Positions 52,085 through 64,000 of a DNA stretch of 64,000 nucleotides are shown piece after piece. The position numbers were made by a program, and so were the translations under genes. Source of the stretch: Lytechinus pictus (taxonomy: Eukaryota); the NCBI RefSeq assembly GCF_037042905.1, contig NC_087263.1:10976001-11040000 (forward strand). The letters are read 5' to 3'. The first letter of the stretch is position 1. The number at the start of each line of letters is the position of its first letter. Under the pieces are notes generated by a model, which was not told where the DNA came from, ran no database searches, and saw only the letters and a list, made by a program, of their open reading frames with translations.

Positions 52085-52119
<35 letters not shown>

Positions 52120-52936
52120 TAATAATAATTATAATAATAATGCTAATACTTATACTAATAATAACAATAATAATAGTAATAATAATAATGATAATAACAT
52201 AGCATTTATGAGGCACCGATTATCTGGTTACCTATTCAATGGCACACTATATATAAATATATTTATCCCAGTTCTAGCTCCAGCCACTGCTAAAGGCACT
52301 TGGTACATTCAAGGAATTAATCCTGCCAGGTACCCAATCATCTCACCTGGGTTGAGTGCAGCACAATGTGGATAAATTTCTGGCTGAAGGAAAATACACC
52401 ATTCGAACCCATGTCCCTTTGATTGGAAAACCAGAGCCGTAACCACTAGACCATGGGATAATATGCAATGTACATTGTACAGTCAAGACACCCGCTTCAA
52501 GATATGCTTTTTACTAAATTAGATATAAGTCCATTGTTACATTTTTAAAAAGCTATTATACGAAACCTGGTTACCGCAACTGAAAACAAACACATTCAAT
52601 TCACGATACATGAATAAGTATAAGGGAATTTTGTGTGAAAAAAGATTTCAATATAGTGCTATTATACCAAGTTCAAGACAATTGTTAAACAAATACCATG
52701 CAAATCAAGTTTGTAATTGTAGAACAGCTGGGCAATACTGTGCTATATAGGTTTTTATCCCTAATATCTCTATCATACTATCTTTAACTGCACATACCAA
52801 TATGTAATTTTGATCTTCATTTCTGTATATTTAATGTGGATCTTAATAATTTGTTGTATCATATTTTACTGGCATTGTGTAAACATGTACAATTCAGTCA
52901 GTGACTACCAATTCTTTTTTTTTGTTGCAAATTTAC

Positions 52937-53136
52937 TTTTCAGTTTTCCTCTGGAAGTCCTTGGTCTTCCTGTTGAGGACATCCTTCCATTTCGCCACCT
53001 CTGTATGTGCAGCCTTGAGCTTTACTGACATAGCAGCAAGGGCATTATCCTGCTGGGCAACCAGGTCTTCCAACTCCTGCAGTCGGGCAAACTCCCTGCT
53101 GCCAGGGACCGGAGGGGCAGGCTTGTTTGCTAGGTC
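52937..53136 (-). CDS. CEP290: CEP290 exon
   Basis: DLANKPAPPVPGSREFARLQELEDLVAQQDNALAAM...FQRKTE; phase 0-2. Confidence 0.92.
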
Positions 53137-53784
53137 CTGAATTAAATTTATCGATCCAAAAATATGAATAGATAAACTAGCAATATATATCTTAGCAAGA
53201 AGTTCTGCATTTCAACATCAGAAACTCTTCCCCAAATGCAGAGCTGATAAAAAAAATTGTGAAAACATCCTATTCTTTATTTTTATACTAATTTCAAGCC
53301 ACAAATCCTATCTTTCTTTAAAATTTTGAAAAAAAATATACCAACAATCATCATTCTTATAAGCCTCAATAATCAAATTTTTACGGTAAAAATCATATTT
53401 AGTGTCACTTTGCCCTTAAAAATATAAAATATTACTAATTGGAAGCTCTGCTTATGTCTTTGCAAAATTATAATAACTTAGTCTTTCTAATGAGGTACAT
53501 TGTACGGGTTAACATCGGTTTTATTTGGATAATTCCTGTCAATTTCCAATACTGCTTCCTTTTTCAAGAACTCAAATCATTTCTCTCTAATTGTATTGCA
53601 GTGTAACAATGTCGACATAGCCCAGGCTATATACATATGTAGGGTTAAATTGAAAAATGAAATAACATCTTATAGCAGCCTTTTTATACTTATTAAATGC
53701 ATGACCATTCATTTATTGTTATGTATGTTCTTTAATCTTTGAATAAAAATTAGGGGAAAATTCAAAACAAAAATTAAAACATAC

Positions 53785-53892
53785 CATAGCAGCCTTCTTG
53801 AACTTATTGAATGCAAGATCATTCTGAGCATGTAACTTGAGTTGAAGATCGTGTATCTCAGACATATACTTTCCGCTCTCATCAGCAGATTC
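53785..53892 (-). CDS. CEP290: CEP290 exon
   Basis: ESADESGKYMSEIHDLQLKLHAQNDLAFNKFKKAAM; donor gtatgt, phase 0-0. Confidence 0.88.
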
Positions 53893-54595
53893 CTAAAATG
53901 AAAATAGTACCACAAAGGTTAGTGATTGATCGCATTTTGTAGTCAATGGAATCAGGGAAGTCTTCCATGACAAGTTTTGATTTTCATTGATTTTCATCAA
54001 CGGATGTTAAAAGTTACCAAAATCCTTGCATCTGATTCGCTAAGAGCAAATTCACCAGTGAAAGTCACAGACAGAACCGGTCATGAAATGCTCCCCTAAT
54101 TCCTTCCCGCAATGAAGCCAATACACCCATCCCACCTCAGCGACCTCCCCTTCAAGTAGCAAATCATTTAACAGCCCCCATTCAACATGTCACCCCCAAG
54201 CAGCTACCCAAACAAGATATAGTGGATAAAATAGTTCCATGACCATTGCTCCGGCGACTATTGCCGTGATAGAAAATCTGCATGTTAAGCCGGACATATA
54301 ACCTAACTTCCGAAACGAAATAAACACTTGTCATTTTCTATACATTATTCTGAAACAAAAACACTATTACATTTCCAACTCTAACCCTATGGCCTCTGAG
54401 ATATTAGAACACGAGTAAATGTCGCAGGAGAATATGTTGTGTTGCTGGGCAAAATATGAGCATGCACTGTGCAGTATAGTCTACAGTGAAGCTGTCGTAT
54501 TCAACATCCCCACTTTATAAGCTCATTAATACTATGCATTAACATAGAAAAAAACACACACAAAAAGATATAAAAATTTCTTTTGATCTTCTTAC

Positions 54596-54661
54596 CTTTC
54601 TTGATTGTTCCAAAAGTTCAATATACTTTTGCAAAGCTTCCTCCTTTTGCTGTATGCGATT
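54596..54661 (-). CDS. CEP290: CEP290 exon
   Basis: NRIQQKEEALQKYIELLEQSRK; donor gtaaga, phase 0-0. Confidence 0.88.
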
Positions 54662-55058
54662 CTGCATTTAAAAAATATGAAAATGGATTGCACATGTGAT
54701 ACCATCTAAATGCAATGGATTGTCCCTGCAAGATTGGAAGTTTCAACTGGAAAAGTAACATCATCATCATCATTATCATCACCACCATGATTGTCACTAT
54801 CCTCATCATCACTATCCTCATCATCATCATCACCACCCTCATCCTCATCATAATCATCATCACCATCATAACTATTATCATCACCATCATCATTCCCTTC
54901 ATCAACATAACTATCATCATCATCATCTTCATCATCATCGTCATCATCATCATCATCATCATCTTCATCATCAGCATCAACAACACCATCATCATTCCCT
55001 TCATCAACATAACTATCATCATCATTGTCATCATCATCAGCATCCTCCTCATCATCAC

Positions 55059-55117
<59 letters not shown>

Positions 55118-55832
55118 ACATAACTATCATCATCTTAATCATCATCACAATTTTTCTATTATTTTATATTTTTATCATCATACTAATGACCACATCTGGG
55201 TCCCATTTACACAAAACTCAGCAACTGATTGTGGTCTTGATTATTTTTTTTTTCACATGTTAGTCAATGCAATCAATCATAAAGATATTCTTCTATGATG
55301 ATTGCGAAGGTTTGTGTTACGAGGGCCCTGGTTGTTTTTACCTGTAGACCTTCTATCTGGGTCTGGGCAACTTTCCGCGCTTGCTTTGTGTTCACACGTC
55401 TCATACGCTCACACACATCATTATTTATCATCACCATCACAACCATCACTAATATCTTCACCATCATCATCACCATCAACATAACTAATGTATCATCATC
55501 ACAATCATCATCATGATTTTTTTTTATTATTTCATATTTTTATCATCATCACAATCATCATCATGATTTTTTTCTATTATTTCATATTTTTATCATCATG
55601 ATGGGGCTAAGAAAGCATGAATGCTTGTAAGCAATCAACCAGAGGACAGACGGCTTAAGATTCTCTCTAGGGGACCTGGTAATGAGGATTAATGCCTTAC
55701 AAAAGGGCACTAGTAAGCGCACCAAGTGGGAATCGAACCCGGGTCACCGGAATTCAAAACCCCCGCTCTACCGACCATGCTATTGCGCCTCCATCATACT
55801 TCAGTATTAACCACATATGGTTGAGTTCATAC

Positions 55833-56054
55833 CTGTAGACCTTCTATCTGGGTCTGTGCGACTTTCAGCGCCTGCTTGTGTTCACACGTCTCGTGGATCT
55901 CCTTGAAGCGGACCCCTTCTGACATAGCATCCTTGATGACCTCGTCTCGGTCTGACGATGCTGGTAGTCTCATTCTCAGCTCGTTGATCACTCGGTCTCT
56001 GGCAAGGAGATTGCTCTCAGTCTCGGTGAGACTCTTCTCTTTCTCCAACAGTTT
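55833..56054 (-). CDS. CEP290: CEP290 exon
   Basis: KLLEKEKSLTETESNLLARDRVINELRMRLPASSDRDE...AQTQIEGLQ; phase 0-0. Confidence 0.92.
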
Positions 56055-57159
56055 CTATGATAGAGTGTGATAGTGGAGACAGAGAGTGATATACAGATCA
56101 AGATAGAGAGAATGGAAACATAGAGACAGAGACAGACAGAAAAAGAGACATGTATTCGGTGACAGAGAAGACATACACAATGAGATAAAGGGATACAGGC
56201 AACTCAAACTTTTACCAAAATAATTGTACTGATAAATGTTCTCTAAAAATGGTCACTACACTTCCCGTTACATTGGAATTGTAGATGATAATAAAAAATA
56301 AAACACATTACTTCAACCTTTACCACAGCACAGAGGTTTAAAAATAACATGACATACAGTACATGTAAGACATGTGGATACTTACACTGTATGACAAAAA
56401 GAATTGATGCAGCAGCAGAACACAGTGCTAAAATTGGATCACACTTTGAATTTACTTACAATTAGATCATTCATCAGCAACCATACCATCTACAACAAAG
56501 ATCAGTTGAATGTAGAATACCAGTTTGGAAACTTTAACTGCAATGCTCCCCAAGGAGTGAAGAAGGTGCATGCATTGTAATAATAATCCACTTTTATATA
56601 GCGCTTAATACATCAGAATGACATCTCTAAGCGCTTTACAGATAAATTATAACCCCGGTCATCGGATCCTGGCATGCCCGCATACAATGTATGCACCTTC
56701 TCCACTCCCTGGGGAGCATTCCAACAAGAGTTCCAAGACTCAATTGCTAGGCATACATGTACTACATAGGCTTTCGCATCCTACCGGGTACCCATTTAAC
56801 ACCTGGGTGGAGAGTAGAAAAGTGTGGATTGATGCCTTGCGAAAGGATGCTAGGCCATGGTGGGATTCGAACACACGACCCTCTGATTACAAGGCGAGTC
56901 AGAAACGCTACACCCCAACGCTTCCACGTTGTGTGTAGGTAAGCAAGAATCTAATGACCAGGGTAATAACAGAAATGTCAAGCACTTAGAGATATCATCC
57001 CAATGCATGAAGCACTATCTAAAAGTGAAATATCATTATAAGTAAGATTTTCAGCCAGCAATTTTGCAAGCTACCTTTTACTGCCAAACAGGTAAATTTC
57101 TTCCTGATTATGAAGGAATGATGTTTGTGGGTGTGTCTGAACAAGGCTTTAATACTTAC

Positions 57160-57294
57160 CTTTTGCAGTGCCTTGATCTCTGCCCTTGAGTCTAGGATAG
57201 TCTTAACATGGGTCTTAATGGTCCTGATGGAATACTCCAGCTGATTGGCTACAGGAAGACTAGGGTCTGGTAAGGAGCCTGTCACCTCCTCAAA
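57160..57294 (-). CDS. CEP290: CEP290 exon
   Basis: FEEVTGSLPDPSLPVANQLEYSIRTIKTHVKTILDSRAEIKALQK; donor gtaagt. Confidence 0.94.
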
Positions 57295-57472
57295 CTGAAA
57301 CAGAGATATAAGAGAAGAGGGGGAAAAAATTGTGAAAGTTTGAAAATGAGAATATTCAATATTTCATATAATAAAATACAAAAGAAAGTGAGTGGATGAC
57401 GTCGTCAGTCTCCTCATTTGCATACCGACCAAGATGTGCATATAACTGTTTTGTGTAATTAAGTGAAACTTA

Positions 57473-58618
57473 AAACTAGCACATCAATGATGTGGAGCTT
57501 ATCCGGCATCTCGCAACAAAATTTAACACAATTTTAATTTCAGCCCAGTTGACACTGTAGCGAATTATATTGGTGACATAAATTGAGGATATAGAATTGA
57601 AATTGATGAAGAAATGACATAGAAGCATTTTTTGTGATCTATGAATAAATTTCATATAAATAAAGCATAAATAACTTTCTAGTCAAAATTTCTCAACTCT
57701 GTGTAGAACCTTGATGAACCTCATGTAGCTCTCAGATGGAACAAAAATAATTAAATCAATCAACAAATAAATAAGTATTTTTTGTGAGTTTTGAAAATAT
57801 ATGAATAAATTAGCATATTTAATGAGTTTCAAAATTATGTGTTCAAATTTTGTATCACCACCTTGAGCTATCATATAAAGCAAACAAAACTGAAATTGAT
57901 CAACAAAATGAAGATTTTTTTTTTGTGATTTATGAATAAATTTTGCATAAATTAGCAATAAGTTTCTAGACAAAATTTCAAAATTTTGTGTATAAATTTA
58001 GTGAACCTCATGCAGCTCTACCAGATGGAAGAAAAAAAATCAAAATCGGTCAATAAATAAAGAAGAAGAAGCATTTTATGTGAATTTTTTAAAATATGCA
58101 TAAATTAATTTCGCATAATTTAGCATAAAAATTGTTCTAGTCAAAATTTCAAAATTCTGTGTAGAATTTTGGTGAACCTCATGAAGCTCTACCAGATGGA
58201 AGAAAAAAAATCAAAATCGGTCAATAAATAAAGAAGAAGAAGCATTTTATGTGAATTTTTTAAAATATGCATAAATTAATTTTGCATAATTTAGCATAAA
58301 AATTGTTCTAGTCAAAATTTAAAAATTCTGTGTAGAAGTTTGGTGAACCTCATGAAGCTCTACCAGATGGAAGCAAAAAATTCAAAATCGGTCAACAAAT
58401 AAGAAGAAGCATTTTTTGTGAATTTTGAAAAATGTGCATAAATTTGCATATTTAATGAGTTTCAAAATTCTGTGTAGAAGTTTTGAATCCCCCACCTAGT
58501 GCTATCATATAAAGCAAACAGAATTGAAATCGGACATGAAATGGCGAAGAGAAGCATTTTGAAATTGTGGACAGACGACGGATGCCACGCCACGGCATAA
58601 GCTCATCTGGCCCTTCGG
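57473..58618 (-). mobile_element. Second DINE/HINE-like element with internal ~170-bp repeats
   Basis: Subterminal IR GAGCTTAT...ATAAGCTC, tandem units containing GTGAACCTCATG-AGCTCTACCAGATGGAAG, A-run at the junction. Confidence 0.6.
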
Positions 58619-58693
58619 ATTTTAGTCCGTTCTCTTCCTTTCCTCATGACATCTCAAGTACATTTTATTTCTGTGCTTTCATTCAAGCTTTAC

Positions 58694-58882
58694 CTTGACC
58701 GCAGCATCAGCAATCTCTCTCTGTTGCTTCTCGAGGTTGTCAATCATCCTTTCAAGCTCCGCCTCCCTTTGTTCCCATAGCAACTGTCTCTCCTCGGCCT
58801 GTCTGTTGATGTGGACGTTCTCCTGCTCCAGGCTCGTGACGGTCTGCTCGTGGGTCGTCACCATGTTCTCAAAATACTTCAC
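58694..58882 (-). CDS. CEP290: CEP290 exon
   Basis: VKYFENMVTTHEQTVTSLEQE...EERQLLWEQREAELERMID...AAVK; phase 0-0. Confidence 0.93.
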
Positions 58883-59743
58883 CTAGAGGGGGATGCAAAG
58901 AGAATGGAAGTATTAGACCTGTCCAAGTCTTACACATAATAACAACGATGCTAATCAGAGAGCCCCTCTTTCCTTTATTTTTTGCTACACCCCCTCTCTA
59001 TTCTCACCTTTTCACATCTTACTCTTGCCGTTTTTGCTCCCCTTTCTTGCTCCTCACCTGCTTTTTTATATATATATATAAATTTAATCTGTCTTATTAC
59101 ATGCATCTGCTCATTCTATTTCTTCTAATACTATTATTGCATTTTAAACATAATGTTTTTTTTTTTTTCTTCTTTAATGGTCACTGCATGTTATGTATTT
59201 ATTTATTTCTTTGTTATGTATTTAAAAAAAATGTAAACTCACATTGTTAGTCTTCGGACTTTTTGATGAGTATTGTTTAATAAAACCGAATTGAATAGTC
59301 AAAAGACTCTCTACGCACTCTAAAAATTTCAACAGTGGGGGGAGGGGTCTGACCATGCAAAAAAAAATCACAATCAGGGTCCCTTCACACAAAGGTTAGC
59401 GATTAATCATACACTTCATTTTCACAATTGATTGTACATTGTAGTCAATGCAATCGATCGTTGAAAAATGTTCTACAATCATTGCTAAGCTTTTGTGTCA
59501 TGGGCCCCTGATTTTTACGTTTTGTACTGTTCTGGACAAAAGTGGGAAGGGTGGGGCTGAAGTCCTCCCCAGTGCCATGGTCCCTGCAGTGTATGTATTT
59601 ATATTGGTGGAGGGAAGAGTGAGGAGATGTTGTGAGGATGATCTAAAAGTTGCATCTTGGTTTATATGGTTATATGAGTTCTTATATGTACTGCAGGGAG
59701 AGGTGATTCCGGAGGGTGTTTCATAAAGCTGTTCGTAAGTTAA

Positions 59744-60504
59744 CCCTAATTCTCCCGGGGGGGGGCCATAATGGCCCCCCCCTCGACAATTTTCGCGATA
59801 TATCTGCTGCGCAAAATTTTTTGACCTCGCCGCTTACCGACTTTTTACTTTCAAGTCTCGCGCAAATTTTGAGACCAAATTTGTGACACCCGGGTACACG
59901 GTTACGACATTACGCAACATTATGTAAGTGCATGTCAGACCCAAAATTGCTCATAAACGTGATTTCATGTACAAATCCAATGCAAATTGTGTATTTAGCC
60001 AAAATTCATAAATGTATCATTATTTCTACTTTTACTGATTAAACTTAATTAATTTTGCCTTGTGTATGGTCAGAATTAAGTCTGGAACGATTTCCATTGA
60101 AAAAACAATAAAAAACAAAAAGTAAAAAAACAAAGAAATACATAAGAAATTCATAAAACAATAAAATACATAAGAAATTGATTTCCAAACCAAAGTTTTT
60201 TTAATTGCGATTGTTAAGAATGCTACAAAGAATATTTTTACCAAAAATTAGCATTCTAGGAGCTTTATTTAGTGAATTAGAGCAAAAAGTATGATTTATG
60301 CATAAATTAGCATAATTAATTTATATAAAATAAAATCTCATTATTTTGGAAAATTTAACCATACAGCCTTGTAGATTACATCGCAAACTACCAGCATGCA
60401 AATTTTTGCGTCGCTCGCTCGATCGGTGGCCGAGATCTTAGGGGGGGGCCATAATGGCCCCCCCCGGGAATGACAAGAATCAAAATACCCCGGGAGAGTG
60501 AGGG
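59744..60504. mobile_element. piggyBac-like non-autonomous element nested in a short MITE
   Basis: TTAA|CCCTAATTCTCCCGGG ... CCCGGGAGAGTGAGGG|TTAA; related degraded copy at ~28310-29025. Confidence 0.82.
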
Positions 60505-61047
60505 TTAAGGGTGACTTTAAAAACAACTGTTGAGGCTTTCTAAATGATCACCAATGAACACTATAATGGTGAATATCATTTACCACAAGACAGGATCACC
60601 AGTCGTTCTTAAAGTCGCTCTTAAATTACGGACAGCTTCATGAAACAGCCTCCTGGACTATAAAACAGAATTGTGATTGGTCCAACCAATCTTAACTACG
60701 GAAAACTGTCTCTATCACAAGACCAGTCACTTATTGCAGCTAACAGGTAAATTTGCGGATGACTGGAACTAAATGACTTGTTCTATTGACCAGTCTTGGT
60801 TTTGAGACGAGGATGGTTTATCAAATAACAAGGATTCCTGTCACTATCATATAAAACAAATAATGCACATCCATTTTGATCAGGTATTGGAATAATCGCG
60901 TCCTTTGAAAGAGTCCAAATGCCATTTGCTATGCCTCTGGCATGTTAGAGCTGTTCCAAAAGTAGATGTGTACCTTGTGTATTAAATTCTTACTAATGAC
61001 CTCGAAGATGTGCATTATTTTATACTATTGTACATTCAAATAGATAC

Positions 61048-61242
61048 CTGCTGCTGTAGCCTGGTAATCTGTCTATTTAGTTTCATATCTTGGAGTCTGG
61101 TCTCTTGCATTTTAGCGTGCCACTCTGCCACTTTCGCTGCTCCCCTGCTGTCCTTGAGAGTCTGCATGAGTTCCTGCAGTCCAGAGTGTTTCAGCTCGAG
61201 GTCAGCGAACTGCTCAGACACCTTTTCCCTCTCATGCTTGAG
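61048..61242 (-). CDS. CEP290: CEP290 exon
   Basis: LKHEREKVSEQFADLELKHSGLQELMQTLKDSRGAAKVAEWHAKMQETRLQDMKLNRQITRLQQQ; phase 0-0. Confidence 0.93.
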
Positions 61243-62226
61243 CTAATAGGATAGAGATCATATTGTAAAAACTAGAGGAAAAGCATGACATTTCAACATG
61301 AGCAAATGATCAACTCACCTCATATTTATAGTAAAAAAAGACAGTGAGCAAAGCTGTGCAAAACAAGACAAAATTCACTGCTTTGTAGCCATTTTTTCAG
61401 ACAGGGCTGTGTCATTACAACAAAACATACATGTACAGTTGAGGCCATAAATTTACATACACCCATGGAATTCAGTGAAATTTGTTTGCTTGCCAAACAT
61501 CGTAAAAAAATTTACTATATCTTCAGAAATATAAATACTACCATGACGAATTTGGTATCAAATGAAAGAGTGTATTAAGCTCTTTCACATGATTGGGATT
61601 TTGTTGGGATTAGGGTAAATTTCAGGTGGAAATTTCTTTAAAGAAAAGTAATATTCATAACAAATGTAATCGATTGTTTATTATATTTTCAAACATTGAT
61701 TCATACAGATATATAAATGTCAAATTTATGAATTATATTACATTTTCTATCATATGTCACCACTGAACAAAAAAGTGTAATCTGAAATGTTTGTGTTGAG
61801 AAGTAACTAGCACAAATATGAAATGTTTTTGTCAAGTTTTTATTTCCAATTTGTCTAAAATATGAAGATTTTTTGGAAAAAAAAACCACATAAATATTTT
61901 TCAGCTCCTGATGACAAAGAAATGTGATGAAGGGGGATGATATCAAAATTCGTCATGATAGCACAAATATTATGTAAGATTAATACATTTTAAGATGTTT
62001 GGTAAGTGTCAACTTTTCTTTGAATTTCCTGGGTGTATGTAAACTTCTAGCCTCAACTGCATATGCATATCAGGGCCCGATAACAAAGCTTTTTTTAATA
62101 GAGATTGATCTACGGGCTGATTTCTATGGTGGAGTGCACTGACTATGTCAATCATAAAACAGCCCGACAATCAGTCCCTAAGCTTTATGTTAGGTAGATT
62201 TATGGCACGTTCGGTTGGGCACTTAC

Positions 62227-62340
62227 GACTTTCATTTCTTTTTCCATCCTCTCCTTATCCAGCCTGAGTTGGATCATCGCTTTAGAAAACTTTTCCTGTT
62301 CTTCCAGGGGAACGGCTCCACTGAACTGTCTTCTCAAACC
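62227..62340 (-). CDS. CEP290: CEP290 exon
   Basis: GLRRQFSGAVPLEEQEKFSKAMIQLRLDKERMEKEMKV; donor gtaagt. Confidence 0.94.
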
Positions 62341-62684
62341 CTGTAAAGTAGAGAAAAGGAATTTCCCTCGGAATGAATCCTCTATTTTCAAATTATATTA
62401 ATTTCACTTAGCTGTCTACATTTATTCAGCACAATAACCATGGCAGAGCAGCCGTTATACACTCAGCTTTTCAAAGAATAGGAGTGAATCTGTGTCAGAT
62501 CCTTTTTGCTAAAAGAAATTAAAGCCGTAGGCTTCAAACACATAACCCTCTGATTGAAAGAAGAGTCGAGGTGCATCATATCTGACCCTTCCTATTTAAA
62601 ATGAAAATCCATATTAAAATTGTTCAAAATAGAAATGTGAGAATAGAAATATTCCGAATATTCATCTTGCCCAATTGATCGTGG

Positions 62685-62857
62685 GCCCGGCAGCTACTGT
62701 GCAGAGCCATATTAACGAGGCTCTATCCCTTTAATGTCAAACGTCAGAGTAGCGGCAACTCCCATCTTTTTTTTTATTTTTGTATGATGTGGCCAGGGTT
62801 TGAACTCCCGACCTCCCGGTTGTGAGACGGTTGCTCTACCAACTGAGCCAACACGCC
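62685..62857 (-). mobile_element. tRNA-derived SINE fragment
   Basis: Head GGCGTGTTGGCTCAGTTGGTAGAGC...GAGTTCAAACCC followed by a non-tRNA body. Confidence 0.65.
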
Positions 62858-63252
62858 TGTCATTTATCTCCTCCATATCTACATCGTATTCCTCCAATCA
62901 CCCTATCAATCTGATAAATTCTGCTTAGACACCCAAATGCTCCTCTAATCTTAAACCTAACAAAATAGTGAACATGCTGACAAGTATATTCTGTTATTTC
63001 CACAGGCTTCGTACAATGACTGTTCCGTTTCATTAGGTACAAGGTAAAGATTAATAATTATAAAAAGTATATAGTAAGTGAATTAATTGAATGGCTATCC
63101 TAAGATGTCTAGCTTCAGTCCTTGAACCAACCCAAGAAGTGGATAGATTCGTTGCAAACATCCAGAAGTTCCTCTAATCTTAACCCTGACACTGTTTAGA
63201 TAGGGGGGGGGGCTGGTAATGAATAACAAGAAGTCTATAACAAATGCATTAC

Positions 63253-63455
63253 TTGGACGGTTCTCCTTAGATGTCTCGCTTTATTCCTTGAGTCAACCTG
63301 GCAATGGTAGAGACTCTGCGCTTTCTCATCAAGCTGTTTCTCCAACCTCAGAACCTTGGCTTCTAGTTGTCTGTTCTTCATGGTAGCAGCCTCCAGCTTC
63401 CTGACCGCCGTACCCTCGCTCACCTGAAGGGCTACGATGTGATGGTGAAGCTTAC
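63253..63455 (-). CDS. CEP290: CEP290 exon (most 5' in window)
   Basis: (G)KLHHHIVALQVSEGTAVRKLE...LYHCQVDSRNKARHLRRTVQ; phase 1-0. Confidence 0.93.
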
Positions 63456-63522
63456 CTGATGGGAAGAAGAGAGGATAGTAGAAAGATGGATGGATAGATA
63501 GATAGGATTGATTGATAGATAA

Positions 63523-63559
<37 letters not shown>

Positions 63560-64000
63560 TAGATAAATGGTTTGAAATATGAATCAAAACATTTGCTAGA
63601 AGATTGTAACATATTAACTCTTCTTGCGTTGACCCGTTAACCCCTCTGTGTGTTGCATTATTTTAGCAGTGAAACCTTCTACGTGGTATAATTCCCTCTT
63701 TTATATACATGTAGAGGGCTAGGCGTACAACTTTTATCTGAATATTCTAAAAAGGAAATGTTGTGTATAGCAAAATTGTATAGTTTTTCTTGTAATGTAT
63801 AAATTTAGTGCGTTATTAATGTAATCTGGGAATGCAATAAAGCATAGTATACTATTTTTTTTTAAACTCTTTCTTCGAACATTTTCAACAAAACTATAAT
63901 CCTTTATTTTGCTTCTGCCAGTGGCATGATTTTTTTTGTATTCACCTGGACAGTTCATTACACAAGCTATCTATTGATAGCAAAATCATGATAATCCATT

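Larger units (their letters stand above)
25135..63455 (-). other. CEP290: Gene span: centrosomal protein of 290 kDa, 3' half (24 exons, ~1287 aa); 5' part beyond right edge
   Basis: Coiled-coil exons carry motifs I recognise from vertebrate CEP290: LRRQFSGAVPL, TGSLPDPSLP, APTTTMKNMVDRLK, SGKSIPELERTVGLMKKVVERVQ, LEGADSKSWKSIVVTRMYE, FDPSFFEEIEDLKFNY. All junctions are GT-AG and phase-compatible. Confidence 0.96.

Overview
Eukaryotic, AT-rich, repeat-dense animal DNA. The repeat families suggest an invertebrate deuterostome such as a sea urchin, which is an inference. Two spliced protein-coding genes lie on the minus strand; I reconstructed both by hand with GT-AG junctions and consistent phases. 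(1) The 3' half of CEP290: 24 exons from 63455 to the stop at 25135, about 1287 aa, with the 5' part beyond the right edge. (2) An uncharacterised secreted or surface protein: ATG at 19218, 12 exons and about 541 aa in the window, running off the left edge. It has a signal peptide, a low-complexity pro-region, a furin-type RERRR site, a Cys/Trp-rich domain, four EGF-like repeats and a TSP1 repeat. Introns contain hAT-, Kolobok/T2-, piggyBac-, PIF- and MULE-like MITEs, Helentron-associated elements, tRNA-derived SINEs, an RTE LINE fragment and microsatellites; most ORFs in the supplied track are artefacts of these. The most unusual feature is a 10.4-kb CEP290 intron apparently filled by one ~10.1-kb insertion with imperfect inverted ends. 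It carries a ~180-bp tandem array and degenerate exon-like segments, one with a beta-trefoil/FGF-like pattern (speculative). Also notable are two intronic partial copies of CEP290 exons, a MITE insertion whose empty site lacks TTAA, and an AG|GTAAG recursive-splice motif. No prokaryotic systems, CRISPR arrays or rRNA were seen.
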